NCBI GenBank assembly: GCA_049724395.1
Contig: JAUGWO010000136.1
Span: 62,001-126,000 of the forward strand
Source: Spongospora subterranea f. sp. subterranea
Taxonomy: Eukaryota
Length of the DNA: 64,000 bases
Direction: 5' to 3'
The position numbers were made by a program, and so were the translations under genes. Positions 25,256 to 38,047 of this stretch are shown here, in pieces; positions within the stretch are counted from its first letter, which is position 1; every line of letters starts with the position of its first letter. Under the pieces are notes generated by a model. It had not been told where the DNA came from and did no database searches. It saw nothing but the letters and a program-made list of their open reading frames with translations.

Positions 25256-28200
25256 ATCTGCTCTTTGAACAAGCCATCTCGAGCACAAACGTTTCGCACC
25301 AGGTATTTGACGAAACCCATCTGTCGAAATAATCCCCACGGTTAGTCTATTGACGATGAAGATATGGTCATGGCTTGGGATAAGCAGACGATGGCGATGA
25401 GTCCGCTGGAATGACGAAAGGAGATCATTTGACGATCAGTGAGTTATTATTGACTGTCCCCGATATTCTTAAACAGTACTCCAATACTCGATCATGGTCT
25501 TTTGTGATTTACTATCGGTGGAATGATACGGGAACAGTCCCCCATTGACCAATCAATAACAATTGCGAACCAGTTTATATCTGTATTGATATTAGCCGAT
25601 ATTGATATGATCATGATCTGATTGAAGGCCCTTTGGCACATTATTACGAATGCTCCCCATATTGTCGACCCTTTGGCACCTCAAAACGATATTTGTGCAT
25701 ATACTGCAGGAATTGATCAGGGATCTATATGAACAATATAAACATACAATTATCAGATACCAGCAATATTTACCTCTTCTAATGTCTCAGCAGCCAAGTC
25801 TTCGACCGACCTCTTGTCTTGAAAAGCTACAAATTGGACAATGTCCCGACTTGCCACTCCGTACTGCAATGACTTTAATCGGTTTTTTCCGTCCCCATCC
25901 AACTTCTTCATTTTATCATAATTGACACGTCCAACTCCAACGATAACAATAGAAAGAGGAAGATCCTCATTTGCCGCATAAACAATCCTATACAGCCCCG
26001 TTAATCAATCTACCAGGAAAATGACAAATATTAGCATAGACGAGTCTTATCTAACCAGTCTTTCGTCTCCTCAAAATCAGAGATTTCTCCGTCTGTGATT
26101 ATCAACAAAATGGAATATTGAGGATTCGGGATGTGGTCCTTATTTGACCGATGGAGATCGTCGGCAATACTAATTGCATGAGAGAGAACCTCTGCAAAAT
26201 TTGTTGGACTCGAGAAGTCGAGGTTTGGAACCGTATTGGAATAAGCGTTCAACATTCCATTGACACCATCGACACCAAGGTTTGGATCATTCTGTAATAA
26301 TGAACCGTATTCAGAATTTGCAATTCAATCATAGATTAGCAATAACTACGTTGGATGAAATGTCGAACCAATGAAGGGCTTCTTCATATGGCGCATTGCG
26401 TACCATTCTCTTGGGTGTGGCGCCCTGTCATTATTTGATCAGAACAGTCGACATCAATCAAATGGGATTATAATTATCACTTACAAACCCCCAAAACGGA
26501 ATTAGTTGATCGGCATCATATTTTGCAAGGATTCCGCCAATTTTTGTGATTGCTTGTTGATACTAAAGCGCTCATAAGCTGAAATGCAATATCCAATGCT
26601 AATAAACCTAACCTGATTCGGATTGTGTGGATCCAAATAATGCAGAGAACCTGTCTCCCATGGTGGACGATTAGACACTGTAAAGTCTATGGCCACCATT
26701 AAGTTGATTTCACACCCCTCACGAATATAATCAAGAAATGAGTTGAGGGGATGGCGTGTGATGTCCCCATGCACAATGTTAAGTTGCCCCACCGGCTCAT
26801 CGCCTTTTTCGCCTCCCTTCAAAATCAATGCATGGATGGTCCCAGATACCAACTCTTTGGGTGTCACTCGAACCACTCCTATAACTCTGTCGTTATTTTT
26901 CACTGAGTAATGAATGCACTTAATGGTAATTTCGGATTCTTCATCCCTATTACAAAATTGCTGCATGTTCATCTGTACAAAAACTGTAAAACTGAACGAG
27001 AAAAACAACAGTTATCGTACCTGTATTGGATTCCAAATGGGGTAGCAATTATTCATCATTGCCTCTGTCCTGTAAACTGGAACTAAATTGTCTCTGTCTG
27101 TAGCTCGCCAGAATTCCAAATATGGATTAGATGTTTTTCCCGATGTCCATGAAACAAGCGAACGACCTGTCCATCATGATAAGGTTACCATTACAATCTG
27201 TTCCAGTGAAATATCAAACCGCTTAGCCCTTTGATATTTGCGCCACTGATTTGCAAATTCAAAATGTCCTCGGGGTTGGACGACACCTCCAAATATTGCA
27301 TTTTTATTGTGGATCCTGTTCAATAGTATTATCAAGAAAGACCAGAATTTGTTTGGGACAATTGACCTCTATATTTCGGCAGTGGAATGGATAGTTCATT
27401 CGTTGTGACTAATTGAGATAAAAAGAATTCAGTCTGGTCAATGACCCGATATTTACGATTGTCCTCGTTCTGGTTGTTATTGTCGGATTCCATTATTTTT
27501 AAGCAAATTTTTTGTTCCTATACACCAACATGATAAGTTCGAATACTGTCAATGGACACAATCGAATTATTATTCCTGTTAATAAATCAGCCGATAATCA
27601 ATATAACTCGCAACGAAACTCACATGATAACGTCTCTGTTCTAAATTTCTTCCGATTTCCCTGATTATCTTGTCGTTTCAACATTTGATAAACGCATCCG
27701 ATTGCGAATTTATCATCCTAAACAACATTCTATCAAATGGTGTAAACCAATTTTTCAAAGACTTGTACCATGTTCGGTAGATTTTGGCAGGAAAAGCATA
27801 ACCTCAATCAGTGTAGTGCAATGACTTTGGACTGTGGCAACTTATCTACCATCCGGCATCTCCATGTGCCAGACCGGCCATGACTGGCCGATCGATAATG
27901 TTGATTAAAATGACTGTGAACCAAGAATGGGTTAGGGTGGAGTGGGTCATTAATGGGGTATATACATGTTGTTATCGCCATGACGCTGATGCAATCGGTC
28001 CATCGGAAAGGGAGTGCAGGAGCAGAAACAGTCATCAGATTGTGGTTATTTTTATAAGTCTGATGTCCCCACGAGCAACAAAATAGACGGAATGACGTAG
28101 AACAGCTAGAGGTTTACTGTCATGGCCCATCACCCATTCAACACAGCAGTCAACTCCGTTGGGCACTCCGGACTCCGGAATGACAACTCCGCGTTAATCT

Positions 28201-28821
28201 GCGTCGACTCTAACTGTATCCGCAGTCCGGACTTTGGAATGATATTCCGATTAAACCAGCTCTTCATCTCACGATTGTAATTGTCAGCAAGTGTCAGCGA
28301 TGTCAGATCGTGATGAAGAGTTTTACGAAGAAACTGAGTTCGATAATATCGAGTGGGGAGCGCGATTATGATTCCGAGAACGAGGGGACGTTCTTTCATT
28401 TGCTCCGAGTTCGTTTGGGGGTACCCTCTTTGATGTCAATGCTCATATTAAGCAAATCAAATAGTAATTGGACGCAAAAAACGGAGTTGTAAACCCTACA
28501 ATATCAAAATGGTCAAACAGGTATGTTATTGTTCCATGACCCGGTTGCCATCATACCGTTTACCCAGCCCATTACATTTCTAGGCATGGGGAGTTAAAAA
28601 TACGTTCACCATTCGTCGGTATTCAAGAACCAAACACAATGAAGTGAATTGTCTTGATCCAACGCAGAAGAAGCTGACCGACGGGTTTGTAAAAGTGTCT
28701 AGAAACACACTTATTGCAAAATGGAAAGCAGGTCCACCAATGGAAAGTCATCGTGTGGACAAGAGCCAACGATCATTTTGATCAACTGGATCATCAATCA
28801 TTCGCAGCCGTTCAGTGTCGT
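25256..28821. repeat. Segmental duplication, copy B (no transposon)
   Basis: Colinear with 17975-24218 once 20758-23375 is removed. Confidence 0.9.
25592..27881 (-). pseudogene. Copine copy 2, probably disabled
   Basis: Same copine motifs as copy 1, but exon 1 has frame-shifting indels (ATG..TGG TAG; MVDKLPQSKVIALH*). A 54-nt deletion at 27564/27565 removes most of a C2 exon and its splice donor. Confidence 0.65.
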
Positions 28822-29010
28822 AAAGCATGTTGATTTGTCGATTTCTGCGATCCCTTGGAAGATCGTTAGGTAGTACCGTCCAGAAATACAGTGCCAAGCA
28901 GGACTCTGAAGCATTGGGAAGCAACCCGTGCCAAAGTTCGCTTGTTTCTTTTTAGACACATCAGGAATCGCAAGTATAGCATCACGACTGATATGTGGAC
29001 TTCTGCTGCT
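28822..29010 (+). mobile_element. hAT transposase fragment
   Basis: YSITTDMWTSAAKK matches the first catalytic-Asp motif (TxDxWT) of hAT transposases. Confidence 0.6.
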
Positions 29011-29559
29011 AAAAAGAGGTCTGTACATTTACCTCATTTCTTTTGTACCGAAAGAAACAACAATCGAAAAAATGAAGAACTACTTCAAATTTAATGGTCA
29101 ATGAAACCAAATATATTTATAATTTACCATGTATAGTTTAGAGTCTTTGCGCTGTCCCTGGGATGAAAACGACCTAAATAATCAGTTGACGTAAGGAGTG
29201 GGTGAACGGCCTTGATTCTTCAGTCAGCTGCTCTCGCCGATGGCCACGTTCCAGTTCATCAGGTGGTCATTTGCCGGGTAAAAGACGCGCGAATGGTCGT
29301 CGTCCGGGTTTTCGACGCTCTGATTGTCGGCGTGCGGATTGCCGTTGCCTTTCATTATGGTATATCTGGCTTGCATATTGTGGTGGCGATCACCAAATGA
29401 AAAACAAGATGTCAAACGGATGCCAGAATGATTTTATTGGTGGGATAGAGCAAAGGTTCGTGGTCCGCCCCTCGGGGAGGGAATTAATCGGTAAACACGA
29501 CATAAACTACATCTCTTCCTCTAATTTCTAAGAGCGTCGAACATGACTGGGATCATACT

Positions 29560-30403
29560 TATATTCACAGCGGTCGTTTTAACATTCTTCGACGTGATAC
29601 ACACTGCTGCAACGCTGTCACTTCAAATGTTGTCCCTGCTCTGGAAAATGCCCAACCGACGTCAACATGATGCTCAAATAATCTTTAGCCATCAGTGACG
29701 CTCTCGGGATACATGGCACAATTGAGTTTGAACCAAAGCAAAACCGTCTCGACTGGACTGCTCGATTAACATGTTCGTATGCGCAATCCAGCGATCGAAT
29801 TCGCATGCAAAGATTCTGAACAGTTGTCGGACGTGCGCTGACTCCGCGTCGTTAGAGATAGAGCTTAAATGAGCTTGCTCTTCATCTTTGCAGGCACTTT
29901 CTGAAGAAGAACCAGTCCGTTTTCATTGTCGACCCTGGACACTATTCGTCAATACTTGAACCAATTTCAATAGTAGTTGTTGATCTGCTAACCTTTTCAT
30001 GTACTTTGTATATGTGAACTCCACGAGAGCGTTCGCGTCGCCAACATCAACACCACTATTGGCTAAATTGTCTTTTACCCTGAAATCGAGCAATGCGAAA
30101 ATCACCGAATGATCATTTACCACGAAACCTTGGTATTGTGTGCTTGGCTTGGATAATTACAGCCGTGACGTGAGCGAAATCCATTTGCTGATGCGATTGA
30201 AGTTGCTGTCGAATGTGAAAGAAGACAGGGACAGCCAGCCCAAAGGTTGAATAGGTTGAGGTTGACATCAACTCTGTTGCATCTTTACACGGCTCGAGAA
30301 AACAGCAAAATGCCGGTGCAGCTAGGAAGTTTCCGGAGGCGGGATCGAGCATGTCGAGAGACCACCCTATACATAATGATCGTTTTCGCAACTCATCCGA
30401 CAC
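29560..30403 (-). mobile_element. Decayed hAT transposase C-terminal region
   Basis: LEPCKDATELMSTSTYSTFGLAVPVF, ALLDFRVK (LDPRFK-like) and MAKDYLSIMLTSV (dimerisation-domain-like), broken by stops and frameshifts. Confidence 0.6.
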
Positions 30404-30759
30404 ATGACGCCACGAATAGTACCGGGCATGATTTGAGTCAACGAAGGTCGAGTCGGATGAGTTGAGAAAACGGATATTATGTATAGGGTGGTCTCTGGTC
30501 GTGGTCGATCCCGCCTACGGAAACTTCCTAGCTGCACCCGTCTCCTGCAATGATCGTTAACTCTACACGACCATTGTGAAAATACAGGAGCCAACCACAG
30601 CCAAACGCGAGCAATACTCGCTTGCCTAGCGACATTCCTACATTGAGACGGATAACAACAAGCCAAGAAGCTTTTCATTGAGCAATTCATCGACAAGAAC
30701 GTCACTCGTTTGTAATCGACTGGAAATGATGGGATGAGGAATAACGAGTCCGTTTCCTG

Positions 30760-31700
30760 TTTTGCAGATAGATTTCAAAGTCAAACGCGTTTCGCAGGCT
30801 TTGATAGTGAATGGCGCCGATCAAATCTTTGACTTTACGACGAGCCTTTTTATTCTCGAGGGGGGTCGCCCACAACTTGGTGTTTTGCTTTGTTCTGACA
30901 AGAGAGCGTGTGGCATCAGACGCCGAAGAGCCCTATGTTCGACCCTGCCCACAGCCACTGATTTACATCGATCAGGATGGCTACGACAAACTGCCCCTGG
31001 AGGACATGGTAGTAGTTGATAGCAGCGCCCGCCAACATCGTCAACTCGTGATTGCGGTTCATACTACTACCATGTCCTCCAGGGGCAGTGTGTCGCCAAT
31101 GAGTTGCCAAGTCGTAATCAACACAGTTCTCTGTCAATTGTATTGGATGGACTCTCTATATGAAGTCGAGGACATCCTTGCGTGTCGATTATTTCGAAGA
31201 CAACATCAACACCAGGTGCATTGGAAGGAACACGACATTTCCGATCGCACTTGAGAACCTTCATCTTCTTTGCTTTCATCGGCCACCCGGCGTTGACGGA
31301 GACTATTATCAATTTCAATCGCAAAAATCCTGACGCAACGCAACCTAGAAGGGGAATACTATCAGGAACCGTTCCCTGATGATGGTCAGTTCGGACACCG
31401 TCGTGTTCGGTTAATTGGAGATCGTTTCATAAGTCAGACACAAGCCATACACAAGATGACACTTTCCAGACATTGCAGCGTCTTCGGACAAAGCAATGTT
31501 CAAACCAAAGAATTGACATATATTGATGTCCCTTAATATTGATGAACCTAAGTCCGTACGCTATTGACATAAGTCCGCGTGCTATTGACACATATTGATG
31601 TCCCTTAATATTGTTGAACCTAGTACGCTGGTAGTCCGAGTTAGGGTTGTTCACGATGACCTGTAATAAAAATGCATAACTGATCTTTGATTCAATAAAT
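30760..31700 (+). mobile_element. Chromovirus-type (Ty3/Gypsy) LTR retrotransposon 3' relic
   Basis: Pro-rich linker RPCPQPLIYIDQDG, then chromodomain-like LYEVEDILACR...QVHWKEHD. Purine tract agaaggggaa followed by tactatca (~31347-31364), then an LTR-like region with ~40-bp direct repeats at 31512 and 31584. Confidence 0.55.
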
Positions 31701-33031
31701 TGCTGACTATGTTTTGAGCGAAATCAATTCGGTCGTGTCCAAATTGTCGCCCAGAACAATCTTTGATTTTGGGTATGTCATGGGCAGAAATGTGGTTCGA
31801 AAAAGTGTAACAACATTGTTGGGTTCAGTCGATATTGCAGAAATTCCATTTTTGATGTGGATGAGATCAATTCTAGCCTTAATGATTCGATCGAAAAACA
31901 CAAGATCGGTTTTCCTCACAAAAACAGTCAGGCTACACTGGTCGTGGGAGTCAATCAATCTCTTTCGCCTTTTGGTGTCTCATATTGAATGATGCAACGC
32001 GCCCGACATCTTTATCGTGCAGATAATACCTTAGATAATGTCTGAGCTGTTAGTAGGAATTTCATTATGATGTCTCGGCTCAAGATAGGTTCATCTTCTT
32101 TGCATTGCCCTTTGAATCTGTCTTGTCTATAAACTTGACAGGACAGTTTGAGTATTGTCAACGACCACCGTCGCTAATACTTGTTCGAACTCTGTATAAT
32201 CCATTATGATATTGATTGAAGGTCTTCTGTGAATTATCATTTCTGCTCATATATTATGACAAACATAAGTAGCGCAGGTAGGAGAATTGACAGGCAATCG
32301 CCGTTCAAACATCGTATTTTTTCAAAATTCAGCAAGTCTCTCGTTTGTACAGCAATAAATGTGTCAAAAATTTCCAATATCTCATTCTACAGCAGCATAT
32401 TCATCAACAATACTCGGTGTAGATGTCATGCCATGGTTCAGCTGTGGCACCCGAACTACACATGACTGAAAACCCCATGAATAGCAACTGTTGACGTTGA
32501 CCGACCGACAGCCGGCAAGGAGCGCAACGACACATCTCAAGACAATCAGAATTGTGTACAACGAAACCGTTGACTAGTAATTCTTTCATCTCCGCAAAGC
32601 CACGTGGAGCGCCAATTAGAAACCAACCAGTTCTGGATGAAAAGGTATAGCATTTTCCAACTCTTCGCCGATGTGTTATTGGCCAAGACAAAAACATAAA
32701 CGAGGTCAGACCAGTGGCAAGAGCAAGTCGAGACGAAGCGAATTAGGGGCAAGGCGTTTTTATAAATAAAAAATATTAATCATGATGAATTCTACTTGAG
32801 ATATTCAGCGCCGTTCCCCAGTAATTGGCGTGGCTTGTTCCTGACAAAGAAGCAACGATAAATGTCGGTCATAATTCAGTTCGACGAGCAAGAAATTACT
32901 CTATGGATGTCTACGTGCTTGATATCGGTTCGGGAAACAACGAAAATTCTTACACGTTTTCAAAAGGTGACGACAGTCTTGTCTGTTGGAATAATTTAGC
33001 TTTTCAAATATATATTAAACTAATTTTGTAA

Positions 33032-34858
33032 TCAATCATCATCTTCGTCATCAAACAGCGCACGGGCAGCCGCTAAAGCGTCTAAAGTGGCTTGGGACGC
33101 AGAGAGAGAATGATCCCCAGCAATATGAAAACTTTCGGAGGGATTCTCCAGGACGTTGTTTTGTCGCTGATAATTTTGTTCATCAGACTCTCCATGAGCA
33201 TGCGTCATCGGCCCAAAACCACCTGTAAAGGAAGAAAGCACAGGAGAACACGGCGAATCTCCTGTATCAACCTCGGTCGCCTTGAAAACGGAGCATGATC
33301 TATTGTCTGCTACAACATCGTGCGTGAAATTATCTCCCTGATCAGTATGGACATCTGAAAGAAACGAGCCATCATGGGAATCACGACCCATCCGTAATTT
33401 GTGGAATACACTGGTTTCCTGACGCTCCGAATATGAACGCCGATTTTCCAGAACTGTCTTGGCTGCTTCAGTCAGTGAAGGTTTTCGTTTTCTGGAGCGT
33501 TTCGGTAGCAATCCCTGTACACCTTTTTGAGTTGGACTTGTAGGAGATTTTCGTAACCGTGAAGAAGGGGACTCCCGTGTTAATCCTCCACGCCCGCCGG
33601 GGCGATGCGTTCTCCGAACAAACGGATTTGGAGATTCATTATGTGCAACAGGTTCCACAGTTCCTGTCGACACGTCGATAGGTGACATCTCAGCGACGGT
33701 TGGAACCAGACTTCCAGGGAGTGAAAGGTTCGTTAGAGATCCGACAGCATTCTCAGGCCCAAAGCTGCTAGCCCTATCAACCCCAACAGGCCTCACTGTT
33801 GGTTCCTCGCTAATGGAATACCCTTCAGTTATTCCATGTTCAATATTCAAAGGTAATAAATCGCTTTCAGCAATTACATCAGCATCCCAATGTTGCGGTT
33901 CGAAATCATCGAAATCGGTGGAACTACTGTTGTCGTCTTGCCGATAAGAGAGAAATATAGGGGCGTGTTCGTCATCCTTGTCATCATCAACTTGGGCAAA
34001 CGCTGCATCGACATCGGTAGCGTTCCCGATATCAGGGTCTGATAAGTGTATCCCATGCTCCTGTTCTTGATACACCTCCTTCAACTCACTTAGGTCCTTT
34101 ATTGCCGAGCAACATTCCTTCAACCTTTCAGTTGATTCCAAAAGCATTGGTATTTTCGCTGCAACGGAATCATATTTGGTAACAGACTGTTCCAGAGAAC
34201 GGACGTCAATAAGCCGGAACAAAGGATATGATTTCGTCATCTGTTCAGGACCAACTTCTGCATAACAAGGGGCCACAGGAATACATCGATGACTCAGGCA
34301 AAAACGGAATGCATCTTGAGAATGTAATTGATAGAGGGCACAATGGGCCTCGGTTAATAATGGATCGCTCGATAGGAATTCCAGCAACCGTAAATATGAT
34401 GACCAATCAGTAAACGGTAATCGAATTCGGCACTTCACTTCAGGTTGTGTGCAATAGACGGTGTAAATAGTGAATATCCACCAAACCATATGAATACGAT
34501 GCGCATAATGATCCAGTGAAAAAAGGTTATCGGTCAAAACCTTGAAGACCATGTCCATGAAGGTCTCAGGAGTTTCATTGACGACGCGCACCTCATGGAT
34601 CAGATGGAGATTTGTCGACAACCACGCTGCTCGAAACTCATCGAAACTGGTTGATTTACTTGAGTCGGCGCGCTGGAATAAGGAATCAATCATGCCTAGG
34701 ATTACATCGTCAGCAGCCCTGGCCATGATACTGACGGCCGGCCGGCCCACCGTCAGCTGAGGGTGATAAATGCGTAGAGCTTGGTAGCGTCTGGACCCTG
34801 ATCCAGTAGGGACGGTGCCGGTAACGCTAGGGCAAACCACGGCAACAGAGTCATGCAA
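33032..34858 (-). CDS. SNAPC1: snRNA-activating protein complex subunit 1 (SNAP43)-like, intronless ORF
   Basis: SFDEFRAAWLSTNLHLIH...IFTIYTVYCTQP..KCRIRL...LYQLHSQDAFRF matches the SNAPc_SNAP43 pattern; long disordered C-terminus. Confidence 0.7.
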   Translation of the reverse strand: MHDSVAVVCPSVTGTVPTGSGSRRYQALRIYHPQLTVGRPAVSIMARAADDVILGMIDSLFQRADSSKSTSFDEFRAAWLSTNLHLIHEVRVVNETPETFMDMVFKVLTDNLFSLDHYAHRIHMVWWIFTIYTVYCTQPEVKCRIRLPFTDWSSYLRLLEFLSSDPLLTEAHCALYQLHSQDAFRFCLSHRCIPVAPCYAEVGPEQMTKSYPLFRLIDVRSLEQSVTKYDSVAAKIPMLLESTERLKECCSAIKDLSELKEVYQEQEHGIHLSDPDIGNATDVDAAFAQVDDDKDDEHAPIFLSYRQDDNSSSTDFDDFEPQHWDADVIAESDLLPLNIEHGITEGYSISEEPTVRPVGVDRASSFGPENAVGSLTNLSLPGSLVPTVAEMSPIDVSTGTVEPVAHNESPNPFVRRTHRPGGRGGLTRESPSSRLRKSPTSPTQKGVQGLLPKRSRKRKPSLTEAAKTVLENRRSYSERQETSVFHKLRMGRDSHDGSFLSDVHTDQGDNFTHDVVADNRSCSVFKATEVDTGDSPCSPVLSSFTGGFGPMTHAHGESDEQNYQRQNNVLENPSESFHIAGDHSLSASQATLDALAAARALFDDEDDD

Positions 34859-36003
34859 CTGTTACGACACTGGACATGGTTGATCAGCCTCATTTTTTAG
34901 AAAGTTAACATGCCATAAACATATGGGTCTTTCATTTTTTGTGTGCCATACCGTTGATGCCCTTGGCGAGTTTTAGATAAGTCAATAGCGGAGCGTCAAG
35001 AATAAACATGATGCTTTTGCATTCCACTTCGCCAACCAGTCGTAGTATGCTAAACGTACTGTCTTGCGTAGCGGTTTATGAAACAACCCCCGAGGCCAGT
35101 TTCCGCGGAAGTCTTAATGTCAAAGCACTACCCGAACAAAAGTGTGATTGAGCAATCTGCAAACGGTGCCATTTTCTGGCTAAACGGTCTCGCTAAAAAA
35201 TATAACTCGGACTCTGAATACTGAGGGTGTGCAATCGTTAATTGACAATCAAAACGTTATATGCTGATTGCCAAATGGAGTAATCAATGTTGGCAAGGCG
35301 AAATTTGCGATCAGAGCATCGCGATCATCAATGCGGGGCAAGCAGCTACTGCCATTATATATCAGAGGAATCCTGAGTAATGTCATGATTTTACTCAGGA
35401 ACTCAAAGCATGTTCGGAAAGTGATGGATGACACTATCAGGAAGCAATCCAAGTATTCTACTGTTATGTAAAGCAAATCAGGAATGGTTTGAGGATTTGT
35501 TCGTGTTCTGGAATGTCATGGTTGAAAATGCGATATGTATACCATGCTTGCACGGTATGGGATAAATATTATCAGCAATGACAATAACACTCTTTGTAAA
35601 TGTGCGTTTTACATATACATGTTCGTCTTCCATAGAAATTTCGAAATTCCCTTTCTAAGTAGTCAGAGTAGACGAAATTCAGCTCACACAGAATGTGTAT
35701 TTCCTTTAGTTTCTATGGCAACTAACTGTACCATCTACACACTGAATGAAAACACGATTTGCAAAAAGAATACCTAATTTGCCGCTGCTTGACGAAATCA
35801 AAAATCGAGGCTTGTTAGACGTATACCTACAGTAGGCATTATTACTATGCAGGTGTCTGAAACGCACTCATAACGATCGGGACAGTTCATGTCCGGCGCG
35901 ACCTCACACTTTTCGTTACTGGCGATTGTGTAGCCTCCTACTGTAATCAGCCTTGGCTGTATTGCTGTGTATCGGTTACATACTTACATTGCGCTATTTT
36001 ATC

Positions 36004-36766
36004 ATGTCGAGCTCTGGGGTCGTATCCTTGTCGTCGCTATCCCTGCTGTTCTCGGAAATGGTCCAGTACGGCCTAGGTAAAGTATCTGCCACTGCTGAAT
36101 TAGAGTTCAGACTGTCTGCAATGGTATCGATCTCTGTTGTTGTTTTAGTGACCTGTGATGGTAATGAGCTGTTAATATCTTGTATTAAGGGTGAGCGCGT
36201 AGGCTCAAGAGCGTTGGACCTATTTGCATGTCGTGGTGAACCGGATACACTTAATGCTGGAGCTTTGATGCGTAGAACGCGAAATCGCATAACGAAACCA
36301 ACTCGAAAACGCCTCCTTGATGTAGTTTCTATACTAACGTTCATTCATACAAACATATGGCAGGTTATCCATGCGACATTATTTGATATTAGACTTGAAA
36401 ACAATAAAGTTGGTGTCTAGGGTCTGTTCGATCATACCGCCGATCGTCTAGAGAAATCAACAGAACGAGCCGACGAATGTGTGTAGAACTGTTCAAATCT
36501 GATACAAATGTGCCGCTTAATTTATTGTATTAGATTACATATATGATTCGAAAGTCATCGTGAACAGGTTCATATCAGTCCCTAAAGAAATGGGATCTTT
36601 GAATTGTGCCGCTTTCGTCGCCGGTGTTATCAAGGGCATTCTGGATGCGGCTGATTTTCCTGCAACGGTTAACGCCCACTATAAATCAGATGAAGACAGA
36701 TTTACCACGATATTCGTGATAACATTTCAGCCAGAGGTCATTCAAAGGTCCAATAAACAACAGTAA
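36004..36766 (+). CDS. TRAPPC5: TRAPP complex subunit 5 (Trs31) (multi-exon)
   Basis: VSLSSLSLLFSEMVQY, ELEFRLS, ILTFIHTNIW, NRFISVPKEMGSLNCAAFVAGVIKGILDAADFPA. Confidence 0.92.
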
Positions 36767-36880
36767 CATAGCGGCAAACTGGCACATATCCTGGCGTTTA
36801 TTATTCATGGCCATAAGCTAATGGATCACTAGAGCAATTGAGGAACCCATAACGTGTTAGCCCATCTTGTTGTCGTGGGA

Positions 36881-37683
36881 TTATCCATCAAACTCGACTC
36901 CCTTGGGAAGGAAAGCCCATGATCCAGGTGCGAGATCTCCAAGCTCTATACGACCGATACGCGTACGACATAAACTTTTGACTGAGCACCCAACACTGCC
37001 AAGCATTCGTCGGATTTGGCGATTGCGTCCTTCTTTGAGAATGAACTTGAGCCGATTATGGCTTAATACGCTGATGGAACACGGTTTTGTTATTTTACCA
37101 TCTAGTAGAAGGCCGCCTTCTCGAAGGCCTGTTAATCCTTTTTCGGAAAGATATCCATTAAATTCCACAACGTATTCTTTCTCGATCGTTGATTCTGGTC
37201 CGATCAGCTGGCGAACAATGGCGCTGTTTTCTGATAACACCAGCAATCCGTGTGAATCTTTATCAAGGCGTCCACAGACAACTAGATTATTCGCCTCTAA
37301 TTCAATAACTAACCTGAAGGTTAACTCAATTTTTACAGCACAACAGATTTAGGCCTACATGATCTAGCAGGTCGTTCTCCCTTCTCCTATATCAATAGTC
37401 CATAAGATTGTTTTTATCATGCGTATATTGCCAAATATACCGGTTGCGAGCTGACGACGCCAACTGGTTTATGAAAAAGAACAGTACGAAAAGAGCTGCG
37501 TTCATCTAGCACCGCTTGAGATAATTCGACGCGCTGGCCAGGTTGTATCCTTGTGCCCAAATTATTGACGACAACCCCATCAACGAGTATCTTTCCTGCG
37601 GAAATGTAGGCATCTGCCTCCCTCCTTGAACAAATTCCCAGCGCAGCCAAATGTTTGTTGATGCGGATCCCCGATGGGATCAT
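36881..37683 (-). CDS. RsuA/RluB/RluF-family rRNA pseudouridine synthase
   Basis: S4 domain IRINKHLAALGICSRREAD, HKPVGVVS, catalytic GRLDKDSHGLL, EKEYVV, LKEGRNRQIRRM, RTRIG. Confidence 0.88.
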
Positions 37684-38047
37684 GTCTGCGCATTATTCCC
37701 TGAGCCTGATCCCTGAACCGTTTGCGCAAATATACCGGTAAACCTGGGATAGCATGGGTTTGAGAGCTCAATTGTCTTCCATGTATATGTTATTTCGCCA
37801 AAAACTCATTGAGATTTGCGATTAGAAGCCACCTTTAGTCTGCGTCAGGGTTTTGACCACCATCAACATTTAACGTAATGATCCATGACAGTACAGTAGT
37901 GACAAATGTACCAACAGAGCACGTGAAGTCACTCACTATACCGTTACTTGAACTATGTCCACACTTAAGTCATTTCTCCGTGTTCATATTCCTTTAGTTA
38001 ACCGCTTTGGATCGACCGTTTTGCAATTGCGATCGTTTTCATCTAAG

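Noticed and set aside
31700..32800. Further transposon or gene relic
   Set aside because: Broken frames with no diagnostic motif that I can support.
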